DNA of 37,091 nt from an uncultured Burkholderiaceae bacterium (GTDB taxonomy: Bacteria > Pseudomonadota > Gammaproteobacteria > Burkholderiales > Burkholderiaceae_E). Positions 20,046-28,908 of the stretch are shown piece after piece. A program made the position numbers and the translations under genes. Below the pieces are notes generated by a model. It was given only the letters and a program-made list of their open reading frames with translations. It ran no database searches and was not told where the DNA came from. The DNA is taken from positions 1 through 37,091 of the forward strand of contig CAYGZN010000002.1 in assembly GCA_964354355.1 (NCBI GenBank), given 5' to 3'. Each line of letters begins with the position of its first letter. Positions within the stretch are counted from its first letter, which is position 1.

Positions 20046-21119
20046 TCAGGGCACGACGATCAGAAACAGCCAGGTTGCGAGCAGGATCAGATGGACGACA
20101 CCCGACAACAGGCTCGCGCGCCCGGTGCCGTAGGTGATCAGCGCCATCATGAACGAAAGCGTCAGCAGCACGGCGCTGCCCGATGTGACCCCGAGCTCCA
20201 GCGGACTGCCGGTCCACCACGCGATGGCGGCCACGGTCGGGACCGTCAGCCCGATGCTCGCCACCCCCGAGCCCAGCGCAAGGTTGATCGAGGTCTGCAG
20301 CTGGTCCTCGCGCGCCGCGCGCAACGCCGTCAGGGCCTCCGGCAGCAGAACGATGGCCGCGACGATCACGCCGACGAGGGCGCGCGGCGCGCCAAGCCCT
20401 TCGGCCGCGGACTGTATGTGCGGCGAAACACCCTTGGCGAGCAGCACCACGGCCACGAGCGAGATCAGCAGCGCGGCCAGCGCACCCGCGGCGACTCCGC
20501 CGCTGGGCCGCGAGACCGCAGATTCGATTGTCCGCGTGGGCGTGAAGTGATCCCTGTGGCGCACGGTCTGCACGAAGGTGAAAGCGAGCCACAGCATCAG
20601 GCACGTCGTGCTGACGAAGGCCAGCTGGGCCGTCGTGTAGTACGGCCCCGGCACGCTGGTGGTGAAGTTCGGCAGCACCAGCGTGACGGCCACCATGGGC
20701 AGCAGCACGATCAGGTAGGCCTGTGCGCCCTGCGTCCGGAACTCCTGCTCGCGGTGCCGAAGCGCGCCGACCACGATGCACAGTCCGGCGACGCCGTGCA
20801 GCACGAGCACGACGACGGCGTGAATGGTGTCGCGCAGGAGCGTCGGTTCCGGCCGGTCGCTGAGCATGATCGAGACGATCAGGCCGAGTTCGATGACGGT
20901 GACGGCCAACGCAAGCAGGATAGCGCCGAACGGTTCGCCGACGCGCACCGCCAGCACCTCGGCGTGGTGGACGGCGGCCAGCACGGCGGCGATCAGGGCG
21001 ACGCCCAACATGAAGCCAGCCGACAACCCCGGGCGGCCACTGAGGGCGACAACCGCACCCAGGGCGAGGACGGGCGCGACGAGGGTCCAGGCGGGCAGTC
21101 GATCCGTGGGCACGGTCAT
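20046..21119 (-). CDS. Calcium:proton antiporter (CaCA superfamily, ChaA-like)
   Basis: ORF 20046..21203, trimmed to the ATG at 21119 (MTVPTDRLPAWTL...). It has about 11 TM segments. The two internal Na_Ca_ex-type repeats contain GEPFGAILLALAVTVIELG and ALTALRAAREDQLQTSINLALGS. Confidence 0.8.
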   Translation of the reverse strand: MTVPTDRLPAWTLVAPVLALGAVVALSGRPGLSAGFMLGVALIAAVLAAVHHAEVLAVRVGEPFGAILLALAVTVIELGLIVSIMLSDRPEPTLLRDTIHAVVVLVLHGVAGLCIVVGALRHREQEFRTQGAQAYLIVLLPMVAVTLVLPNFTTSVPGPYYTTAQLAFVSTTCLMLWLAFTFVQTVRHRDHFTPTRTIESAVSRPSGGVAAGALAALLISLVAVVLLAKGVSPHIQSAAEGLGAPRALVGVIVAAIVLLPEALTALRAAREDQLQTSINLALGSGVASIGLTVPTVAAIAWWTGSPLELGVTSGSAVLLTLSFMMALITYGTGRASLLSGVVHLILLATWLFLIVVP

Positions 21120-21201
21120 GGGGCGGCAGTATAGGGCAGGCCCGCCCTGATCCACGACATCTCTGCGTATGATGCTGTGCGTCGCGTCGAGGCTGGTTCC
21201 C

Positions 21202-22245
21202 ATGGACAGACTGCGTGCCCTTCTCTATGGCTCCCTGCTCCTGCTGATCTTCGGATGGGTGCTGCACGTCGGCAAGGCAATCCTCGTTCCGGCCGTGCTC
21301 GGCGCGGTGATCGTGTACGTCATCGTCGGAATGGCCCATGTGCTGGGCCGGTTGCCCGGGGTGGGCCGCGCGCTGCCGATGCAGCTGCGCTACCTGTTCT
21401 CGATGCTGGCCATCGGGCTGGCCTTCTTCCTGCTGGCCTACCTGGTGATGTCCAACAAGGAGCGTGCACTGGCGCTGGCGCCGCAGTACCAGGAGACGCT
21501 GCTGGCCGCGATCCAGCGCGTGGCGGTGTTCTTCGGCTTCGAGACCGAGCCCACCTGGACCACGCTGCGCCAGGACCTGCTGGCCACGGTCAACCTGCAA
21601 CGGCTGCTCGCTTCGCTGCTGGCCTCGGTGGGCTCGATCCTGGTGACGTTCATCGTCGTGTTCCTGTACGCAGTATTCCTGCTGATCGAGCGCAACGCCT
21701 TCGAAAGCAAACTGGCCAACCTGTCGGACGACCCCAAGCGGGTGGCGCGAATCCGCGAGGTCATCGAAACCATCAACCGGCGCATCGGCTCTTATCTGGC
21801 GTTGAAGACACTGCTCAGCATCCTGCAGGGGGCGGTGAGCTGGGTGGTCATGGCGATGTTCGGACTCGAGTTCGCCGTGTTGTGGGCGGTGCTGATCGCC
21901 TTCCTGAACTTCGTGCCGTACATCGGCTCGGTGCTCGGAGTGGTGTTCCCGCTGCTGATGACGGTGGTGCAGTTCGATGACCTGGGGGTGATCCTGACGA
22001 TGCTGCTGGCGCTGAGCCTGGTGCAGTTCGCCATCGGCAACTTCCTGGACCCCTACGTGATGGGCAATTCGCTGAACCTCAGCCCCTTCGCCATTCTCAT
22101 CAGCCTGGCCGTGTGGTCCGAACTGTGGGGCATTCCCGGCGCCTTCCTGGCGGTGCCCATCACCGCGATCATGACGATCGTGTTCTCCGAGTTCCCGGGC
22201 ACGCGGCCGGTCGCCGTGCTGCTGTCCAAGAACGGACGGCTCTGA
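21202..22245 (+). CDS. AI-2E family transporter (PerM/YhhT-like permease)
   Basis: ORF 21169..22245. Family strings are FLNFVPYIGSVLG and GIPGAFLAVPITAI. I prefer the start at 21202 (MDRLRALLYG) because the 21169 ATG sits inside a TATGAT -10-like hexamer (21168..21173). The alternative start remains possible. Confidence 0.85.
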   Translation: MDRLRALLYGSLLLLIFGWVLHVGKAILVPAVLGAVIVYVIVGMAHVLGRLPGVGRALPMQLRYLFSMLAIGLAFFLLAYLVMSNKERALALAPQYQETLLAAIQRVAVFFGFETEPTWTTLRQDLLATVNLQRLLASLLASVGSILVTFIVVFLYAVFLLIERNAFESKLANLSDDPKRVARIREVIETINRRIGSYLALKTLLSILQGAVSWVVMAMFGLEFAVLWAVLIAFLNFVPYIGSVLGVVFPLLMTVVQFDDLGVILTMLLALSLVQFAIGNFLDPYVMGNSLNLSPFAILISLAVWSELWGIPGAFLAVPITAIMTIVFSEFPGTRPVAVLLSKNGRL

Positions 22246-22550
22246 GCATCGCCGCTTCGTCCCATAGCCAATGCTCACGAGGCTCCCGCCGAGCCGTCAA
22301 AGGCTGCCGCCGCCAGCGGGATGACGTCATGCGCGAGGGGCCCGGGCGCACGTCTGCGCCTGCGGCCGCCTCGCACGGCCAGTGGCACGGTCGAGTCAGT
22401 CATTGCGAAGGCCGATTCGATGCGCTATTGTTATCGGCGTTGTTCGCACTGCACTGCTCTGCGCGCCACGCGCCGGATCCGCATGGCGGCATGCCGACAC
22501 TCCACTGGGCAACGCGCCCTTCCAATTCCCTTACCCACTGAAAGACTGAC

Positions 22551-22928
22551 ATGAGCAATTTCTGGGACGCGGTCCTATTGATGGTCTCGACCTTCTTCTT
22601 CATCGCCTACCTGGTGATCATGTTCCAGATCGTCGTCGATCTGTTCCGTGACCCCGAGGTGGGCGGCGGCTCGAAGGTGTTGTGGGTGATCGGTCTGATC
22701 TTCCTGCCGGTCCTGACTGCGATCATCTACATCATCGCGCGCGGCAAGGGCATGGCTACGCGGCAGCAGGCCAGCCTTCAGAAGGCCAAGTCCGAGACCG
22801 AGTCCTACATCAAGAGCGTGGCCGGCAAGTCGCCGGCGGCCGACATTGCCGAGGCCAAGGCACTGCTCGATGCGGGCACGATCAGCGCCGAGGAGTTCGC
22901 CCGACTGAAGGCCAAAGCCCTGTCCTGA
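22551..22928 (+). CDS. Small membrane protein with a PLD-nuclease N-terminal (PLDc_N) 2-TM domain and a C-terminal SHOCT domain
   Basis: 125 aa. It has two TM helices, with WVIGLIFLPVLTAIIYIIARGKG typical of PLDc_N. The C-terminus LLDAGTISAEEFARLKAKAL is a typical SHOCT motif. The gene is visibly less GC-rich than its surroundings. Confidence 0.8.
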   Translation: MSNFWDAVLLMVSTFFFIAYLVIMFQIVVDLFRDPEVGGGSKVLWVIGLIFLPVLTAIIYIIARGKGMATRQQASLQKAKSETESYIKSVAGKSPAADIAEAKALLDAGTISAEEFARLKAKALS

Positions 22929-23051
22929 AGCCAAGGGTTCGAGGCTGCCGGGATCGGGCGAACTGCCCGGTCTGCCGGGCTCAGGACGGCAGGGTGGCAT
23001 GGCGCCCGGCGCCGCGACCGACAGCAATCTGGCACCGAACCCGAAGCAGGC

Positions 23052-24284
<1,233 letters not shown>

Positions 24285-24316
24285 GCCGCAGCAGCCCTTG
24301 ACCTGAGTCTTCAACG

Positions 24317-24793
24317 ATGCCGATGATGCGTGCTTTCCCGGGTTTCCTCTTTACCTTGCTGGCCGTGGTCGCGGCGGCTTCGTTTGCGCAGTCGGACATC
24401 GTCAAGCGCCCGGTGCAGTTTGCCAAGGGCAAGACCGGGGCGACGATCAAGGGCAGCGTCACCGGCGACCAGACCGTCGACTACACGCTGCGCGCGGCCG
24501 CCGGCCAGACGATGACCGTCAAGCTCACTGGCGGGTCGAGCGTGTACCACAACGTGCTGCCGCCCGGCAGCACGGGCGAAGCGCTGTTCGTCGGCTCGCG
24601 CGACGGCAACCGCTCCACGACCACGCTGCCGGCCAGTGGCGAATACGCCATCCGCGTCTGCCAGATGGGCAACGCCAGCAGCAGCGGCAAGCGCTCGAAC
24701 TTCACGCTGGACGTGGCGATCACCGGTGGTGCGCAGCAGGCGGCGGCACGGCTGCGGTGTCGGTCACGCGGCCGGACGGACGCAAGCGCCTGA
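24317..24793 (+). CDS. Secreted protein of unknown function (the 3' end is probably out of frame)
   Basis: It has a signal peptide (FLFTLLAVVAAASFA-QS), followed by a beta-rich domain DQTVDYTLRAAAGQTMTVKL...LPASGEYAIRVCQMG...NFTLDVAITG. The last ~20 codons (ARLRCRSRGRTDASA) look non-coding, and a protein-like sequence continues in another frame. Confidence 0.6.
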   Translation: MPMMRAFPGFLFTLLAVVAAASFAQSDIVKRPVQFAKGKTGATIKGSVTGDQTVDYTLRAAAGQTMTVKLTGGSSVYHNVLPPGSTGEALFVGSRDGNRSTTTLPASGEYAIRVCQMGNASSSGKRSNFTLDVAITGGAQQAAARLRCRSRGRTDASA

Positions 24794-24945
24794 TCTACTT
24801 CAATGCGGGCAAGGCCGTTGGCGCCGACCTCAGCCAGGCCGACGGCAACATGAGCTTCAGCGCCACCAAGGAGGCCGACCTCTACATGATCCGGGCCGGC
24901 AACGAGCGCTACGAGATTCCCGAAGCGGTGATCTACGGCGGCTGA
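24757..24945 (+). other. Protein-like reading frame, probably the displaced C-terminal domain of the 24317 gene
   Basis: The track ORF starts at a GTG and overlaps the previous ORF by 37 nt. It reads VSVTRPDGRKRLIYFNAGKAVGADLSQADGNMSFSATKEADLYMIRAGNERYEIPEAVIYGG, and it has no RBS or signal peptide of its own. The frame stays open upstream through AAGGGTAA. Confidence 0.4.
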
Positions 24946-25113
24946 CTTCGAAGAGCATGAACGTGGCAACGGCAAGAGCGAGCGACAGAACCAGGAGCAA
25001 GCCCATCCGAATGACCCCGTCGAGAGCGCTTGTCGCCGTCGTGTCCACTTCGCCGGCGTCTGCTTCCGTCCCCGCGCTCGCACCCCGGACGATCCGGTGC
25101 GCGAGCAGCGGCG

Positions 25114-25326
25114 GGCATCACGGTCATCGCCGCGTTGGCCGGCGACCGGCTGCTGGTGCGCCTCACGGACGGCCAGCGCGTGCTGGTGCTGCAGGTCGAC
25201 GCACCGTCGGGGCTGCGCTGGATCTCCGGTGCGGTGCCTGGTCCCGACGGCATCGAAATAGGGTTCCCGCAGACCGGCCTGTATCGCGTCTTGGTGCTCA
25301 TGTCGGGGGATGCGGCGCGGCCGGGG
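25114..25326 (+). pseudogene. Coding-like remnant resembling the N-domain of the 24317 secreted protein (no clean start or stop)
   Basis: Part of track ORF 25030..25647. It reads GITVIAALAGDRLLVRLTDGQRVLVLQVDAPSGLRWISGAVPGPDGIEIGFPQTGLYRVLVLMSGDAARPG with near-uniform GC3 that collapses after the G5 run at ~25323. The pattern (x-L-x-L-xxGQ ... P-xx-G-x-Y-x-V-x-V) mirrors YTLRAAAGQTMTVKL...LPASGEYAIRVCQM. As called, the frame only terminates deep inside the antisense of the ATPase gene. Confidence 0.35.
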
Positions 25327-25378
25327 GTTCTATCCACTTGCCGCTCACTGCCGCCGATCAAAGAGCCACGCCGTCAGG

Positions 25379-28084
25379 CTACGTTGACGCGCCTCGCGCC
25401 CGCCTTGCCCGAACGAACAGCTTGCGCAGCTCTTCAACCCAAAGCACCAGGCTGGCCAGCGCCACGATGGGCAGCAAGTCGGCGAGCGGAATCGGCACGG
25501 TGTGGAACAGCGCGTTCAGCGGCGGCCAGTACAGCACGGCGCCCTGCAGCAGGAAGCTCAGCGACAGTCCGCCCAGCAGCCAAGGGTTGCGCAGGATACC
25601 CAAGCGCAGCGCCGAACGCGTGGCCGACTGGCAGTTCAGCACGTTGAACCACTGGCACACCGCGAGCACCGTGAAGGTTTCGGTGCGCACCATCTCGTAG
25701 GGCATGCCGCTGGCCTGACGCCAGACGAACCAGCCGAAAGTCGACAGCGCGATCACCGGCGTCATCAGCGCCACTCGCCAGAGCATCTCGTTGCTCAGCA
25801 GCCGGTCGTTGCGCGGCACCGGCGCGCGCTTCATCTCCTCGCCGTCGGCCGGATCCATCACCAGGTTCACTGTGACGGTGCCCTCGGTGACGATGTTGAT
25901 CCAAAGGATCTGCACCGCCGCCAACGGCAGGCGATAGCCCAGCACCAGTGCCAGCAGCAGCACCAGCACCTCGGCCATCGAGGTGGCGAACAGGTACAGG
26001 ATCACCTTCTTCAGGTTTCCGTACACCACGCGGCCCTGTTCGACTGCGCCAACGATGGTGGCGAAATTGTCGTCGGTGATGACGATCTTGGCCGCGCTCT
26101 TGGCCACCTCCGTTCCGGTGATCCCCATCGCCACGCCGACATCGGCGCGCGCCAGCGCCGGCGCATCATTGACGCCGTCGCCGGTCATCGCGACCACGTC
26201 GCCGCGTGCCTGCAGCGCCTGAACGATGCGCAGTTTCTGCGCCGGGTGCACGCGCGCGAAGACGGCGATGTGGTCCAGGTCTTCGCGAAGTCCGGCCTCG
26301 TTCATGCGCTCCAACTCGGCGCCGTCCACCGCACCGTCGCCATCCCGCGCAATGCCAAGTTCGCGTGCGATGGCCAGGCCGGTGAGCTTGTGGTCTCCGG
26401 TGACCATGATCGGCCGGATGCCGGCCGCCCGGCACTCGGCCACGGCCACCCTGACCTCCTCGCGCGGTGGATCGATCTGGCCGACCAGCCCGAGCAGCGT
26501 GGCACGGCCAGCGAGCGCATCGAAGCCATCGGCGGTGTCCAGCGGATCGTCGGCCAACGCCGCGACGGCGAGAACGCGCAGCGCCTGGCCGGCCATGTCT
26601 TCGGCGGCGTCGCGGGCCGCTTGCAGCGTCGCCTGACCATCGACCCCGCACAAGCGCAGCACAGCTTCCGGTGCCCCCTTGATGAAGACGCGGCGTGGCG
26701 ACGCCGGGCCGGCGTGGCGCGTCGCCATCATCTTGGCATCGGAGTCGAACGGCAACTCCGCCTCGCGCGGCGAGTCTCGCCGCAAGGCTGCCACGTCGAT
26801 GCCGGCCTTGCCGGCAGCAACCAGTAGCGCCGCTTCGGTCGGGTCGCCAAGCACGGTCCAATGCGCCACGTTGTCCTTCGGCGCCACGAGTTCGGCGTCG
26901 TTGCACAGCACAGCGGCGCGCAACAGCGCCGTGACGGCGCTGTCTGCGGCCATCACTGGGGCGCCCGCCTCGCTGAGCGCACCCTGCGGCGCGTAGCCCA
27001 CCCCCGAGACAGCGATCGACCGTCCGCCAGGCAGCCAAAGTGCGCTGACGGTCATCTCGTTGCGCGTCAGCGTGCCGGTCTTGTCGCTGCAGATCACGGT
27101 GGTCGAACCCAGTGTCTCGACGGCGGACAGCCGGCGGATGATCGCGCCACGCCCAGCCATTCGCTGCATGCCCACCGCCAGCGCGATCGTCATCGCCACC
27201 GGCAGGCCCTCGGGCACCATCGAGACCATCTGGCTGACCGCCACCATCAGCACGTCGGCGTAGTGCAGGCCGCGCAGCAAACCCAGCCCCACCACGACGA
27301 CGAACAGCACGAGCGCGCCGGCCACCAGGTAGCGGCCGAACTGCGCAATGCGCAGTTCCAGCGGCGTCTTCGGCTCCTCGGCGCCTTCGGTCATGCGAGC
27401 GATGCTGCCGACCTCGGTATGCGCGCCGGTGGCGGTGACCACGGCGCGGGCGCGACCAGCGGTGACGTAGGTGCCCGAGAACACCATGTTGCGACGGTCG
27501 GCCAGGCCGGTCGCTTCGGGCAGGACCTCGATGTTCTTGGAGACCGGCACCGATTCTCCGGTCAGCGCCGCTTCGGCCACCTGCAGCTGGGCCGCCTCGA
27601 TCAGCCGGGCATCGGCGCCGACGGCATCACCCGCAGCCAGCAGCAACAGGTCGCCGGGCACCAATTCACGTGCGGCCATTGGCCGCTCCTGGCCGTCGCG
27701 CACCACCCTCACCTGCAGGGCCGACAGCCGGCGCAGCGCGGCCATCGAAGCTTCAGCGCGCCCTTCCTGGTAGGAGCCAATCAGCGCGTTCACCAGCACG
27801 ACAGACAGGATCACCACCGCGTCGTCCCACTGGCCCATGCCTGCGGCCAGCGCTGCCGCCACGAACAGGATGTAGATCAGCGGGCTCTTGAACTGGCGCA
27901 GGAAGACCAGCAAGACCGAGCGCCTGGGCGGCTCGGGCAGAGCGTTCGGCCCGTAGGCCGCGCCGCGCTGTGCCGCCGTCTGCGGCGACAAGCCGACCGC
28001 GGCATCACAGCCCAGCCGCCGCTGCACCGACGCGGCATCCAGTGCATGCCAGGGGGCGACGGGGTTCGACGCGCGAGCAGTCAT
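25379..28084 (-). CDS. Cation-transporting P-type ATPase (P2-type, Ca2+/Mg2+-like; HAD-IC family)
   Basis: 901 aa. The motifs are the TGES loop (ALTGESVPVSK), the TM4 PEGLP motif, the phosphorylation site CSDKTGTLT, MVTGDH, and the hinge TGDGVNDAPAL. There are about 10 TM segments. Ion specificity cannot be read from the sequence alone. Confidence 0.92.
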   Translation of the reverse strand: MTARASNPVAPWHALDAASVQRRLGCDAAVGLSPQTAAQRGAAYGPNALPEPPRRSVLLVFLRQFKSPLIYILFVAAALAAGMGQWDDAVVILSVVLVNALIGSYQEGRAEASMAALRRLSALQVRVVRDGQERPMAARELVPGDLLLLAAGDAVGADARLIEAAQLQVAEAALTGESVPVSKNIEVLPEATGLADRRNMVFSGTYVTAGRARAVVTATGAHTEVGSIARMTEGAEEPKTPLELRIAQFGRYLVAGALVLFVVVVGLGLLRGLHYADVLMVAVSQMVSMVPEGLPVAMTIALAVGMQRMAGRGAIIRRLSAVETLGSTTVICSDKTGTLTRNEMTVSALWLPGGRSIAVSGVGYAPQGALSEAGAPVMAADSAVTALLRAAVLCNDAELVAPKDNVAHWTVLGDPTEAALLVAAGKAGIDVAALRRDSPREAELPFDSDAKMMATRHAGPASPRRVFIKGAPEAVLRLCGVDGQATLQAARDAAEDMAGQALRVLAVAALADDPLDTADGFDALAGRATLLGLVGQIDPPREEVRVAVAECRAAGIRPIMVTGDHKLTGLAIARELGIARDGDGAVDGAELERMNEAGLREDLDHIAVFARVHPAQKLRIVQALQARGDVVAMTGDGVNDAPALARADVGVAMGITGTEVAKSAAKIVITDDNFATIVGAVEQGRVVYGNLKKVILYLFATSMAEVLVLLLALVLGYRLPLAAVQILWINIVTEGTVTVNLVMDPADGEEMKRAPVPRNDRLLSNEMLWRVALMTPVIALSTFGWFVWRQASGMPYEMVRTETFTVLAVCQWFNVLNCQSATRSALRLGILRNPWLLGGLSLSFLLQGAVLYWPPLNALFHTVPIPLADLLPIVALASLVLWVEELRKLFVRARRARGAST

Positions 28085-28146
28085 GATTTTTCAAGCGGGC
28101 GGCCGGGCGCCACGAGGGCGAAAGCCGCGCAGGGTGCCACCAGCGT

Positions 28147-28830
28147 GTGGTCGCGATCGCGCAAGATGGCGCCGGCGATTGGAAGCATCAGCCGGACGGT
28201 CGACACGCCAAAGGCCAGCGCGGCGGCATCTCGGCCTTCCTGGTCGACCGCGGGACACCCGGCCTGAAGATCGAGCGCCGGATCGCCATGTTGGCGGGCC
28301 ACCACACCCACGAGGTGCTGTTCGAGGACTGCCGCATCCCGGCGGGTCAGTTGCTCGGCCAGGAGGGACAGGGCTTCGAGCCGATGCAGGAACGCCTGGG
28401 CGCCAAGCGGGTGCAGATGGCGGCCTGGTCCATCGGCCGCGCACAGCGCGCGCTGGACCTGCTGTGCGGCTACGTCCCGCAACGCAAGACCTTCGGCGTG
28501 CCGCTGGCCGACCGGCAGGCGATCCAGTGGTGGATTGCCGACGCTGCCACGCGCATCCACGCCTGCCGATTGATGACCTATGAGACCGCCTGGCGGCTCG
28601 ACCGCGGCCAGGATGCGCGCACGCAGACCTCGATGATCAAGACTTTCGCCACCGAGATGACCTGGGACATCGCCGACCACGCCATGCAGGCCTTCGGCGC
28701 GATGGGCATGACCAAGGATATGCCGCTGCACCAGATCGCGGCCGATGCGCGCGTGGCGCGCATCTACGAAGGCCCCAACGAGGTGCACCGCTGGGTGGTC
28801 GCGCGCAACACGCTGGCGGCCTCGCGCTGA
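28147..28830 (+). pseudogene. 5'-truncated acyl-CoA dehydrogenase (C-terminal ~60% only)
   Basis: The open frame starts directly after the TGA at 28084..28086. Recognisable ACAD sequence begins at about GISAFLVDRGTPGLKIE (the mid beta-domain) and runs intact to the catalytic-base region ARIYEGPNEVH and the stop. The N-terminal helical domain (~150 aa) is missing, and the P-type ATPase start codon lies only ~60 nt away on the other strand. Confidence 0.7.
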
Positions 28831-28908
28831 ACCCGGCGCAACGTCGTCGTCACCGTGTGCATCGGCCGCGGCCAGGGTGCCGCGGGCCTTTCTTGGAGGG
28901 GGTTTGAA

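Noticed and set aside
22321-22330. A perfect 10-bp palindrome, ATGACGTCAT, in the long leader upstream of the PLDc_N-SHOCT gene.
   Set aside because: It is a single short palindrome with no second copy and no adjacent promoter elements that I could recognise. It may be a regulator site, but I cannot support that from the sequence alone.
25030-25647. The 205-aa track ORF taken at face value as a gene convergent with, and overlapping, the ATPase.
   Set aside because: Only its central ~70 codons look protein-like. After the G5 run at ~25323 the codon bias collapses, and the remainder is antisense to the ATPase 3' end. I treat it as a remnant (see the 25114..25326 feature).
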